Source: Mustelus asterias (Eukaryota). Taken from it: a stretch of DNA of 64,000 bases. The notes below the pieces were generated by a model, which ran no database searches, had not been told where the DNA came from, and worked only from the letters and a program-made list of their open reading frames with translations. The DNA is taken from assembly GCF_964213995.1 (NCBI RefSeq), contig NC_135812.1, forward strand, positions 98,580,001 through 98,644,000, read 5' to 3'. Shown piece after piece: positions 50,515-63,140 of the stretch (the first letter of the stretch is position 1; the number at the start of each line of letters is the position of its first letter). The translations under genes were made by a program, and so were the position numbers.

Positions 50515-51830
50515 AGCCTTCCAGGATCACACCTTCCAGGATCACACCTTCCAGGATCATAACTTCCAGGATCACACCTTCCAGGATCACACCTTCCAGG
50601 ATCACACCTTCCAGGATCATAACTTCCAGGATCACACCTTCCAGGATCATACCTTTCCAGGATCTCGCCTTCCAGGATCTCGCCTTCCAGGATCACACCT
50701 TCCAGGATCATAACTTCCAGGATCATACCTTTCCGGGATCTCGCCTTCCAGGATCATAACTTCCAGGATCATACCTTTCCAGGATCACGCCTTCCAGGAT
50801 CATAACTTCCAGGATCACACCTTCCAGGATCATACCTTTCCAGGATCTCGCCTTCCAGGATCTCGCCTTCCAGGATCACACCTTCCAGGATCATAACTTC
50901 CAGGATCATACCTTTCCGGGATCTCGCCTTCCAGGATCTCGCCTTCCCGGGTTTTGCCTTCTCGGGTTTCACCTTCCGGGATCACGCCTTCCAGGATCAT
51001 TCCAGGGGCGGCACGGTAGCACAGTGGTTAGCACTGCTGCTTCACAGCGCCAGGGACCTGGGTTCGATTCCCGGCTCGGGTCACTGTCTGTGTGGAGTTT
51101 GCACATTCTCCTCGTGTCTGCGTGGGTTTCCTCCGGGTGCTCCGGTTTCCTCCCACAGTCCAAAGATGTGCTGGTTAGGTTGATTGGCCATGCTAAAATT
51201 GCCCCTTAGTGTCCTGAGATGCGTAGATTAGAGGGACTAGCGGGTAAATATGTAGGGATAAGGGGATAGGGCCTGGGTGGGATTGTGGTCGGTGCAGACT
51301 CGAAGGGCCAGATGGCCTCTTTCTGCACTGTAGGGTTTCTATGATTCTATGATCACGTCTTCCCGGGATGACACCTTCTGGGGTTTCGCCTTCCCGGGTT
51401 TCACCTTCAGGGATTACAACTTCCTGGGTTTCGCCTTCCAGCGTTTCGCCTTCCAGGGTTTAGCTTTCCAGGATTACACCTTCTGGGATCTCACCGTCCA
51501 GGATCTCGCCTTCCAGGATCTCGCCTTCCAGGATCATGCCTTCCAAGATCTCACCTTCCAGGATCTCACCTTCCAGTGTTTAGCCTTCCAGGATCTCGCC
51601 TTCCAGTGTTTAGCCTTCCAGGATCACGCCTTCCAGGATCACGTCTTCCAAGTTCTCGTCTTCCAGGATCTCGCCTTCCAAGATCACGCTTTGCGGGTTT
51701 CACCTTCCAAGGTTTAGCTTTCCAGGATTACACCTTCTGGGATCTCACCGTCCAGGATCTCGCCTTCCAGGATCTCACCTTGCGGGTTTCGCCTTCCGGG
51801 GTTTCGCCTTCCAGGATTACGCCTTCTAGG
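50515..51830. repeat. 15-bp minisatellite (CCTTCCAGGATCACA variants) interrupted by an HE1 SINE
   Basis: Direct periodicity of 15 nt. Confidence 0.95.
51006..51351 (+). mobile_element. HE1 SINE (young, full length)
   Basis: GGGCGGCACGGTAGCACAGTGG...TTCTATGATTCTATG. Confidence 0.95.
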
Positions 51831-52296
51831 ACATACAAGTCCTAACCAGAAGAGTTTTCACACAAATCCCAACCAGGATAACATTTGTCATGAAAGTACC
51901 AACCGGGAGAATAGCTCCACACACCTTCGCTCCCAGCAAGAGTCTATTAACAGCGTGCAGAAGCAAGAAATCTAGCTGATCAAGGGCACTGATACCAATT
52001 AGCCTGAACCTTCCCAGCTAATTCACCACTAACTGGAAATCAGGAGCCTCACTGGTGTATACAAGTCAGCTGGATAAACATGGTGAGGTATGAGTACAGT
52101 AAGGCTGCATCTGGTTTCAGTGGTATTGAGAGAGGGATCTGGTCTCCAGAGGGTCACTGCTGGACTTTAACCGGTGATAGCCCACAGACAGTGAGTGCAA
52201 AGCGCTGCCAGCGCAGTACTGGATTAGAAAAGTCTGCCATAGACTATCGATTCGATTCCTAACTTCTGTCACCAGATCTGTTTTTCTGGAAGCACA

Positions 52297-52525
52297 GTAA
52301 GAAGTTTAACAACACCAGGTTAAAGTCCAACAGGTTTATTTGGTAGCAAAAGGCACACAAGCTTTTGGAGCTCCAAGCCCCTTCTTCAGGTGTGAAGAAG
52401 GGGCTTGGAGCTCCGAAAGCTTGTGTGGCTTTTGCTACCAAATAAACCTGTTGGACTTTAACCTGGTGTTGTTAAACTTCTTACTGTGTTTACCCCAGTC
52501 CAATGCCGGCATCTCTACATTATTC
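52297..52525. mobile_element. PLE fold-back insertion
   Basis: Inverted arms; TSD CTGGAAGCACA at 52286-52296 and 52526-52536. Confidence 0.87.
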
Positions 52526-52765
52526 CTGGAAGCACACAGACCTCGTAGAGACTTTGCTTGTTAGTCTTAATCTTGCAATTCCTGATGGCCGTATCAAAAT
52601 GTATTGGTTGAGGCCTAAGAACAGGATGCAGGCCCAGCCTCTTTGCTGGAATTGGCACGTGCTGCAGGAAAATTCAAGAAATATACAAATAAATATAAAA
52701 CACTCTAAAGAACGTTTTTTCACACTCAAAACAAGAATATAAGAGCAAAATATTCTTATAATACA

Positions 52766-53088
52766 TGGCGGCATGGTGGCACAGTGGTTAGCACTGCTGC
52801 CTCACAGCGCCAGGAACTCGGGTTCGATTCCCTGCTCGGGTCGCTGTCTGTATGGAGTTTGCACATTCTCCCCGTGTCTGCGTGGGTTTCGTCTGGGTGC
52901 CCCAGTTTCCTCCCACTGTCCAAAGATGTGCAGGTTAGGTGGATTGGCCCTGCTAAATTGCCCTTTAGTGTCAGGGAGACTAGCTAGGGTAAATGGGTGA
53001 GGTTATGGGGATAGGGCCTGGGTGGGATTGTGGTCGATGCAGACTTGATGGGCTGAATGGCCTCCTTCTGCACTGTATTCTATGATGA
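52766..53088 (+). mobile_element. HE1 SINE
   Basis: Full length. Confidence 0.92.
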
Positions 53089-55166
53089 TTTGGAATATGA
53101 GAATCTTTTGGGACAGGGAAATAACATTAAACTCAAACAAGCCCAAACATTCAATCCCTCAAAATGTCTTTGTGCCAGAAATGCAAAAATGATTTAAAAC
53201 TCTCCTTCTTGATGGTTTAATTTCTACCACCTTTCTTCTTGTAAGAAGCCAAAACTATGGTGAGCATTTCTTTTTTTGTTGGTTATGGATCCAGAATCAT
53301 TCGATCACGGAGTTGAACTCATCCATGCCTCATTCTCGAATTACTTTAAATTGAGTCATGTGACACTGGAAGGTCTGGTGATGCAGAGGGCAGTGCCTTT
53401 GAGAACAATCTTGTTACAATAGGATAGGAGAAATAAAGTCTGGCAGAGGCGGGTTCAAGTCCCACTTCAGGACTTGAGGGCCACAGGTCGTGTGTTCATC
53501 GTGTGATAAAAACAGGTTGATTATCCGCCTGTAAATCCTTCCGATATGTTGATGATTGCTGGTCAGCCACACTGCAGCAGACAACGGCAAATCACTGCAG
53601 TACTTTGCCAAGCATAATCATGGACCAATCCAATGGAAGTCCATGGTCACCAATACCCTCTTAGAGCACGGTCCCTGAAGGAGGAGGATGCTGGGAAAAT
53701 CCAGCACGTGCTTGGGCACAAACTCACAACTTCAAGTCGTCTACAAGTATACACTTTGACTGTCATTACTGGTTGTAATTTTTGAGACATTTGTATCTTG
53801 GTCAGACAGAAGTGTTATTAATTCCTAACAAAAATATTGCATTATGAAAACCCTCAGATTTCACCAGAAGCACAAAACCAGGCTTGTCAACTTTTGAGGT
53901 GGGTTAGTGCCTTTGAGAACAATATTGTTACAATGAGATAGAGGAAATAAAGTTTGGTAGAGCCAGGAGGAACCCCATTTACTTAAGTTCTGCTTGGGAA
54001 TGAATTTGAAATGGAATTAACTCTGTGTCAAAGCAATTCACTAGAATGTCATCGGAACGAAGTACAGCATTTCAGGTATGGGCCTTACACTGAGAATATT
54101 GTTGCACAGTAATACTGGTGACCCTCTGACCTGCAGAACAACAACTTGCATTTGTATAGCACCACTAACATAGTAAAATGCAGAGTGTTCACAGGAGTGT
54201 TATCAAACAAAATTTGATATGGAGCCACATGAGGGGATAAAGGATAAATGGCCAAAGAGATCGGTTTTAAGGAGTGTCTTAAAGGAGGAAAGGAGAAGTT
54301 GCAGCTGGCACTGGTGGAGTGATTAGACTCAGGGATGTACAATAGCCTAGGAGAGGGCAGGAATCTCAAAGGGTTGTAAAGCTGACGGATGTTACGGAAG
54401 TCGAGAGGGGGCAAGGTCATGGAGTGATTGAAAATGTACTGAAACAGCCCACAGAAGCACCATGGTAACCTGACAACACCATGTCACTGTGACTTCTGGG
54501 AACTTCGATGGATACATTCAAAGGTAAATGTGCAGTCAAGTCGCCATAGTCCCAGATGACCAAAGGCTGCTCTCCCCTTTGTGGGGGAGAGCTGACTGGT
54601 GCTGATTTAACCTGAGGATCACAATATAACAATCTGCTTTGGGGAACTTTCCGTGAAAAGCCTCATCAATTGGACTTGGAATGAAATTCTAAAACTGCCA
54701 AACCGCACAACCCTGGGGTCTGACCACACTGGTGAGGGGCAAGGTTGAGAAGGCAGGACCTTCATGAATAATCTCAGCCGATACAGGAATTGAACCCACG
54801 CTGTTGGCATCGCTCCACGTCCCAAAGCAGCCATCCAGCCAACAGAGCTAAACCGACCCCCAACTAAATACAGAAGTGTACAAACATTGCAAAGTTCACA
54901 CCTGGGCTGGAATTTTCCGTTCCCATTCATGTCAGCTGGGTTTGGAGAGCAGAGTGGAAACTATCACCAAAAATGCAAAGTTTATATGTTTACTTGATGT
55001 CAAGAAATACAGCTAAATCAGATGTCAATAAGTATAAGAAAATAAACTGTTAAAAGACAATGAAGAAATAATTATGCTTCACCAATAGAGCAGAAGTGCA
55101 CCAATAACTGAGTTCATACTGGCACATGGATGGTTAACCGTCCAAATTTTGGGTGACTTTGATTAG

Positions 55167-55485
55167 GAATCACAGGATCATAGAATCCCTGCGGTGGAGA
55201 AGAAGGCCATTTGGCCCATCGAGTCTGCACCAACTACAATACCACCCAGTCCCTATCCCCGTAACCCCGCATATTTACCCTGCTAATCCCCCTGACACTA
55301 AGGGGAAATTTAGCATGGCCAATCAACCTAACCCACACATCTTTGGACTGTGGGAGGAATCCCGAACGCCGGGAGGAAACCCACACAGACACGGGGTGAA
55401 TGAAAAACTCCACACAGGTAGTGATCCAAGCAGGGAATTGAACGCGGGTCCCTGGCACTGTGAGGCAGCAGTGCTAACCATGCTG
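55167..55485 (-). mobile_element. HE1 SINE
   Basis: Full length on minus strand. Confidence 0.9.
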
Positions 55486-57364
55486 TCTAAAAACTAACAA
55501 TGAATCCTTGTCCTTCATCATGAAGAGCTGTGTTTAGCTGAGCAATTTTTGACTAATAGCTAACTGAATAGGTACGGGAGTACTTTATTACTGGACTACA
55601 TTTTAAGGCAAACATGTATATTATTTTGCTGATGTTACGCTGTAATGTTGCTTGATACGGTCATCATCGTGCACATGATCATGTACAAATTTAATATGTA
55701 TTCTCACAGAACATGGTACCGCATGCTAACCTGCGAATGTGATTTGCAAACTGAAAGGTTGAATGCTTTTGGCTTCAGAACATTTGAGGTTTAGTACATT
55801 GTAATAAACACAATTAGTATGCTGGTGTTAAAAAAGAAATCGCCCAAAAAAGCATCAAAAAATTCTTTCGATGTCAATCAATTTTCCAAGGAACAGCCAG
55901 AGATTTAAATGAGGGATTACAATGTCGTTCGCTGGAATGTTACCGCCCCGCCCACCATGGGATTCGGAGCGAGCGAGGGGCAGACCTTGGAGTGGTCTGT
56001 TGACCTTGGATGGAATTTAACGGTTTTGGGACGAGCGAGGCCATAAAATCCCACATTTTTGTGCATGTCCTGGTATATCACATTTTGTTAATTTCTTCAT
56101 GCCACGAATCTGAAATTGCTTTGTTTCTTTTGATCAGAAATGGGGTATTTTGACATTCACAAATAAAAATGCTATTTACCTGCTGATCGGATGGGTGATT
56201 TGAAGTTGTGTATTTGCACAGACACAATTGCGATGTAGCATCTGTCTATGATATAACTGCAAGGTAACACTAAAATAATCTGTTTATCTTGACTTCAAAG
56301 AGGAATTGAAGGGTTAAACATAGGAGCTTGCTTTTGTTCAGTAGTTCCGGCCAATTGTGTCGTTTGAATAAATGGAAGGCATGTGTGTGTGGCTCCTTAC
56401 CTGGGCGATCCTGTTCATTTTGCCATAATACCGAGGGCAGCACAAGAAAATGTAATGATTGAATGAATCAATTTTGCTAGTAATCAAGATGTTATTGTTT
56501 TCAAATGGAGAGGATGATTGCATTTATTTAGAAAGGAGTGCTAACTAATGGTAATTGGATAATTGACCCAGTACAGACTTTCCTCGATATTTGTATTATT
56601 GTATTAATGTTCACCTAACTTCATGTTTCTATTTGACTATAAATAAATGTATTAGTTGTTTAGCCCTTGAAATCTGATCTGAATGTAATTTCAGGTATTC
56701 CTAAGGGAGTGGGATATTGCAGCATTTAACATTTAATTCAGTCTATAGATCACTCTAAGCTAAGTAAAGATAAATGTTAACCCATCAGCTCAAAGCACTG
56801 AGCAAGGGCATATTACATAAAAGTAACGCTTTTGAGACCATGGGGACAATGAGCAATTGTTGGAGCTATTGCAGAACCATTCAGAGAAAAAATAGTTCTG
56901 TGAAAACCTAAAATTGTAACACTTCAGAAATTAATCTGACCTATGGAGCTTTTTTGCAGCCTGTTCGACTTCATTCTCTCAATGTCTTAATTACAAATCC
57001 CATTCAAGCAAAGAGATTTTGAAATTACAAAATGTACCCTAATTCTTTTCAATACCAGTTATTGATCAGAGCTAAAATGGGTGAAAGTCATTTTATCTCT
57101 TTGAATCTTGTACATTTTGTCCCGGTGAAAATTGGTATTAACTGTGTGCATTTTGTCCGTGGTTAGTCGGTCACTTTTAGTAAGGGACTAATCCCACTTT
57201 TCCACATTCAGTTATTTGAGGAACAGGAACGAATGAAGTAGAAGAGAGCTAGGCCCCTCAAGCCTGCTCCACCATTCAATAAGATCATGGCTGATCATGG
57301 TTGAGGTAGTGGCGTCGTGGTATTACCATTGACTAGTAATCTGGAGACCCAGAGCAACAGTAGA

Positions 57365-58107
57365 ATCATAGAATCCCGACAGTTCAGAAGGAAGCTATTC
57401 AGCCCATCGAGCCTGCACCAACAACAATCCCATTCAAGATCTTATATATTTCAATCATGTCACCCCTCACTCTTCTAAATGCCAGTGGAAACAAGCCCAG
57501 TCTGTTCAACCTTTCCTCACAAGACAACCCACTCATTCCAGGTATCAATCTAGTAAACCTCCTCTGAACCACCTCCAATGTATTTACATCCTTCCTTAAA
57601 TATGGAGACCAAAACTGCACACAGTATTCAAGATGTGACCTTGTGTTACTGAAGAATAACATCCATACTTTTATGTTCAATTGCTCTCATTATCATAGAA
57701 TACCTAAATGCTGAAGAAGGCCATTCGACCCATCAAGACTGCACCAACCACAATCCCACCCAGACCTTATCCCCGTAATCCTATGTATTTACCCTGATAA
57801 TCCCCCTGACACTAAGAGGCAATTTAGCATGGCCAATCAACCTAACCTGCACATCTTTGAAGTGTGGGAGGAAACCTAGAGGAAACACGGGATAGCATCC
57901 TATTAAGCTTCTTGAATACTGGCTGTACCTGCATACCAATCTTTTATGACTTCTGCACTAGAACATTTGAAATTCTCCCTTGGGAATAATATTGGGCAAG
58001 AGTGAGGGGTGACATGATTGAAATATATAAGATCTTGAATGGGATTGTTGTTGGTGCAGGCTCGATGGGCTGAATAGCTTCCTTCTGAACTGTCGGGATT
58101 CTATGAT
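57365..58107. repeat. Perfect 110-bp inverted repeat (57365-57474 / 57998-58107)
   Basis: Arms are exact reverse complements by inspection; spacer holds CR1 and HE1 fragments. Confidence 0.9.
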
Positions 58108-59384
58108 CATGTAAAAGTCTGTTGAGCTCAGGCGGGAATTTCTGGTTTTGGAGCGCGCGCAGCCAGAGAATCCGGTCCCTAGATCCCACTGGACCTCGGG
58201 GCTTTGCAACCACAAATGTAACAACTCTGTTGCAATCCCAGACAAGCCCTGTTATTATCCTGGACCAGACCCCGACCCGCAACTTTTTGTTAAGACCCTG
58301 TTAGGAACCAATAATACTTTTTTTAAAAGTAGACAACATCTGAGATTCAAGACACTTGCGTGGTGAATAAAGCCACAAGATTCCACGGGTTTCAAACAAA
58401 TAGAATTAAACTTTACTCGACGAGGTCAGAAAGATGAAACAATCTATAATATCTATCTTGTACACTCACATTTAGGGTTGATATGAGGTACGTGTGAATT
58501 AACGGACAAATTGGTACATCACAGAGTCCACAGATTTTTCAGTAACCCATTCAGATGTCAGTAAACATTGTGAGTCAACTAATCTCATTGAATCTCTGTC
58601 TCCCTCATGAAGGATTCTCGTCTTCACCTTCAAAGATCTCACCTTAGAATTCTCTCCAAAAGTCGCTCTAACTCGGAAGGCCTCAAACAGCTGACAATAG
58701 CTGACCTCACAATGTTTCAATCTCATCTCCCAACACTTCAAAACCCTAGATTGTCGAATCTGCACTCAAATACTAACTCACAAACACAACTTCAGCTTTT
58801 TGGCCATGACTGCTCCATAGGGATACCTTCATCTCCCATTTGGAGTAACTAACTTTCTATAATCCCCAGGGATTCACCTGAGCCCTCGTCAATTTCCAAA
58901 GCCTCTGCTGAGCGCTCTTTGATTGCCAGGGTTTTTCCTGAACCCTTTGCCTTTTAAACGTCTGCCAACCATAGCCCTTTTCCTGTGTGGAGCCTCTTTT
59001 TTCACTCCATTTCCTTCTTGACTGGGACCTCCCCCTGTCCCCTCACCCCTTGGGACCTATGCCTGACCCCTCTCCTTGTCCGCTGCTTGGGACTCATTGG
59101 GGAGTCTCTCTGGGTCCCTTCTTCCCATTCCCTGCTCAGAACTCTTCTTTACTATGGTGGCCCACTCCTGGGTCAGGTGACCAGATCTTTGTGCCATTTC
59201 TTTTTGCACAGGTGTAATGGGCCCATCCTTGTCTCAAAAAATTATAAAACTGCCACATTGTACATGCACAAAACTCCCAAAGTCTGCCAGGATTTGGAGT
59301 TCCCAGCCTTTGTTCTGGAAGAGGTAGGTTTGAATTTCTTGGCAGTGCCTGGTTTTGTAACAATCCTGTTGGGGTCCATTAACA

Positions 59385-59710
59385 GGGCAGCACGGTAGCA
59401 CAGCGGTTAGCACTGCTGCTTCACAGCTCCAGGAACCTGGGTTCGATTCCTGGCTCGGGTCACTGTCTCTCCCCGTGTCTGCATGGGTTTCCTCCGGGTG
59501 CTCCGGTTTCCTCCCACAGTCCAAAGATGTGCGGGTTAGGTTGATTGGCCATGCTAAGTTGACCCTTAGTGTCCTGAGATGTTTGGGTTAGGGGGATTAG
59601 CGGGTAAAATATGTAGGGATTAGGGGTAGGGCCTGGGTGGGATGGTGGTCGGTGCAGATTTGATGGGCCAAATGGCCTCTTCCTGCACTGTAGGGTTTTA
59701 TGATTCTATG
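59385..59710 (+). mobile_element. HE1 SINE
   Basis: Head, core and tail. Confidence 0.9.
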
Positions 59711-59807
59711 AACGTTTAAAGAAGAAAACCAAACAACCAGAAATTAACCGACAGAATTATGCTGCAAGAGACTAGCTTTCAACTCCAGCTTCTTGTTATT
59801 AATTGAA

Positions 59808-60128
59808 ATCATAGAAGGAGACCATTCGGCCCATCGAGTCTGCACCGACAACAATCCCACCCAGACCCTATCCCCGTAACTCCACATATTTACCCTGCTA
59901 ATACCTCTAATCTACGCATCCTGGGACACTAAGGGGTGATTCAGCATGGCCAATGCACCTAACCCGCACATCTTTGGACCGTAGGAGAAAACCGGAGCAT
60001 CTGAAGAAAACCTACGCAGACACGGGGAGAACGTACAAACTCCACACAGACAGTGACCCAAGCCGGGAATCGAACCCAGATCCCTGGAGCTGTGAAGCAG
60101 CAGTGCTAACCACGGTGCCACCATGCCA
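59808..60128 (-). mobile_element. HE1 SINE (tail-to-tail with the previous copy)
   Basis: Full length on minus strand. Confidence 0.9.
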
Positions 60129-60181
60129 CTCTGGGACCTCTCCCTCAACCTTTGGGACCTCTGTCTGTCCCCTCTCCCTGT

Positions 60182-60519
60182 AAGAAGTTTAACAACACCA
60201 GGTTAAAGTCCAACAGGTTTATTTGGTAGCAAAAGCCACACAAGCTTTCGGAGCTCTAAGCCCCTTCTTCAGGTGAGTGGGAATTCTGTTCACAAACAGA
60301 GCTTATAAAGACACAGACTCAATTCATGTAAATTGAGTCTGTGTCTTTATAAGCTCTGTTTGTGAACAGAATTCCCACTCACCTGAAGAAGGGGCTTAGA
60401 GCTCCGAAAGCTTGTGTGGCTTTTGCTACCAAATAAACCTGTTGGACTTTAACCTGGTGTTGTTAAACTTCTTACTGTGTTTACCCCAGTCCAACGCCAG
60501 CATCTCCACATCATGACTA
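60182..60519. mobile_element. Young PLE fold-back insertion with hammerhead motifs on both strands
   Basis: ~140-bp essentially perfect inverted arms; TSD CCCTCTCCCTGT at 60170-60181 and 60520-60531. Confidence 0.9.
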
Positions 60520-61170
60520 CCCTCTCCCTGTCCCAAGTTAAATTCCACCAGCTGCTGTGGTGGGAGTTGAACCTGCGCCCCTAGAGTATTTTCCTGGGCT
60601 CTGGATTACGGGTCCAGTAACATTTTTTTAAAAAGCAGAGAAGGTAACTGCTCAGAAACCACTGGTTCTGTAAATTTCAGGTCAGATTTCTTTGTCCCCT
60701 GAATATTTCTTAGGTTTTTTAACCTTATCTCAGTCTTCCACTTAGCTGGGGCACAACACTGTATGGACAAGAGGATTTTAAGCAAAGCATATTTGGCCTG
60801 GGATTGGAAATTAAAAATGCACCCGGTCAGGCTTTGCTCTTCCAAGCACACTGAAAGAAAAATAAATGCAAATCTGTGCAAATGGATGGAACGTGTTGTT
60901 TGCTATTTTTCGCCATACTTACGAAGGGGTGAGTGATATTGAGTGCAATTTGCTTTGTCTTGAGTTTATGTTCACTTCCTATCTGTGAAATAAATCAGCT
61001 TGGCCATTCATGCCTAACTTGTCTCACAAAGTATTAGTTTGTTCTTGAAAAAATTGCAAAGATGCACATCAAGACATGTGCAGAAAGTCCACTTCTGATC
61101 ATGTGGTAGTCACACTCCAGTATTAGATATCAGGCGGTACAAGCACACTTTGAATACAAGAGCAACACGC

Positions 61171-61590
61171 TGGCACGGTGGTTAGCACTGCTGCCTCACA
61201 GCGCCAGGGACCTGGGTTCAATCCCGGACTTGGGTTACTGTGTGGCATTTGTGTAGGTGCTCCGGTTTCCTCCCACAGTCCAAAGATGTGCGGGTTAGGT
61301 GGATTGGCCATGCCAAATCGCCCATTAGTGTCCCAAGAACACTGAGGGCGGAAGGTGAGATTAGGATATTGAATTTGATGATCAGCTATGATCGTAATGG
61401 AGTAGGCTCAAAGGGTTGAATGGCCTGCTCCTGCTTCTATTTCCTACGTTTAAGATGTGTAGGTTAGATGGATTAGCCATGGAGTTACGGGGATAGTGCA
61501 GGGGAAAGGGCCTGGGTAAGGAAATCTGTCAGAAAGAGGGTGCAGGCTTGATGGGCCGAATGGCCTCCTTCTGCATTGTAGGATTTCTAT
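61171..61590 (+). mobile_element. HE1 SINE with a nested CR1 tail
   Basis: Head and core at 61171-61335, CR1 3' UTR, then HE1 tail. Confidence 0.8.
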
Positions 61591-62049
61591 AAGGTGATTA
61601 GACCACTAATGGCAGAGTCCAATATTACAGTGACCAAGAAAATATTTAAGGCAGGATCCTAAAGTTGTAACAATATGGTTACACAAAATAATTTTTAATC
61701 AAACAATATGTCGAAAGATATTGATGCCTTAAAAAAAAGAGGAATTCATGATCTAGACTCATAATTGACACTTTTCTTTCAATTAGAACCACTGTCTTTA
61801 ATGAGTCTGAGAGACAGCACTGACCCTCGGTTGCTCCCATGACAACTGGATCTGCTGTTTATTTATTGGATATCCTTCACACTTGTCAAGATTATCGTCT
61901 TCTCCCGCAGTGACTATAATTGATCAGATATTGTCAGTAAACCTGCCCATCCATCTTTTGATCTTTTCACTAATCATCATAATTTCTCACTTCAGAACTA
62001 AGAACAATACAGCACAGGAACAGGCCCTTCGGCCCTCCAAGCGAACTAT

Positions 62050-63140
62050 GGCCGCGATTCTCCCACCGAGACCTGCAACTTTTCTGGCAGGTCACGGTGG
62101 GAGAATCGTAATTGGAGTTTGCGCCGGGAATGCATACGCATCTCCCAGAGCTGGCGCACAGTCGCCGGTTAGACCACGCTGGAAACCGGCGGGAAGGCAG
62201 GTCAATCATTTGAATCTTTTTTAAATGTATTTTAAATATGTTCGAAATTTTATTATCGGGAACTTCCAGATCCCGATTGAATCTCCCACCCCGCCAAGAG
62301 TACTTCATTCCGGCGGGGTTTACTCTAGTTCCCCACGTTCAAGGAACTAGCGGAAGACCCCACCGCAATGAAGGGGGGACAATTGAGGCCCCCCAGGGTG
62401 TCGGGCAGTGGGGGGTGGTGTCCCCTGGGCATGGGCACCTTGGCAGTGCCAGCCTGCGCCTCTGGCACTGCCCAAGGGGCAAAGTGCCCATGCCCAGGGG
62501 GCACCTTGGCACTGCCCACTGGGCATCGGGCAGTACCAATGGGGGGTGGGGCCTATTGTGGGCGGGGCCTAGGGGCAATCGGTGAGAGTGGGGGGGTCCC
62601 GCTGCCACACTGCAGACAGGATCAGTCTGGGATGGAGGGAAGGCAGCGATTGGGGCGGGCTGGGGGAGGGAGTTGGTCTGCTGGGGGGGCTGCCTCTGGG
62701 AGGGTCTGGGGGGAGGTCTGCCGGCGTGAGGGGGATGGGGGGATCACCTCTGTTGGGGAGCGGGGGGTGGGCTGTGCATCGAGGTGCTCCGGGACGGGGG
62801 GGGGGATCAGGGCTGGCCCGGGAATTGCTGTGGGGGTCGCAATCAGGCCGGTGGGGGTGGGGGGGGGGCGGGGAGGCTGGAGGAGCAGCACTGGGGGGGT
62901 CCCGGGGTGGCCAGCGATCGGGGAGTCTGACAGATTGGGACCACTGTGCATGCGCAAAGTTCCAGAACTGTCAAACTCTGCCACGAATAGGCTCCGCCCC
63001 CTGGGTTATTAATGATATTCACGACTGGGACCCCTGCAGTGCACAGAGTGCGGAGATTCAGGTGAGAAACTGAACTGAGAAAACAGTCGGGATCTTGAAC
63101 AGTTTTCTGCCAATTCAGCGCTTTTGGGAGAATCGTGGTC
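62050..63140. mobile_element. Non-autonomous DNA transposon, Harbinger-like
   Basis: 16-bp TIRs GGCCGCGATTCTCCCA / TGGGAGAATCGTGGTC (2 mismatches); 3-bp TSD TAT at 62047-62049 and 63141-63143. Confidence 0.8.

Noticed and set aside
51006-51080. tRNA gene calls at SINE heads (also at other HE1 copies)
   Set aside because: tRNA-derived SINE heads that continue into the V-SINE core; not genuine tRNA genes.
53393-53965. ~55-bp imperfect direct repeat (53393-53448 / 53908-53963); similar pair at ~7418 and ~8284
   Set aside because: Short, diverged local duplications around old repeats; no evidence of function.
62368-63073. 214-aa Gly-rich ORF and overlapping ORFs
   Set aside because: G-rich interior of a TIR-bounded non-autonomous transposon; no domain or splice evidence.
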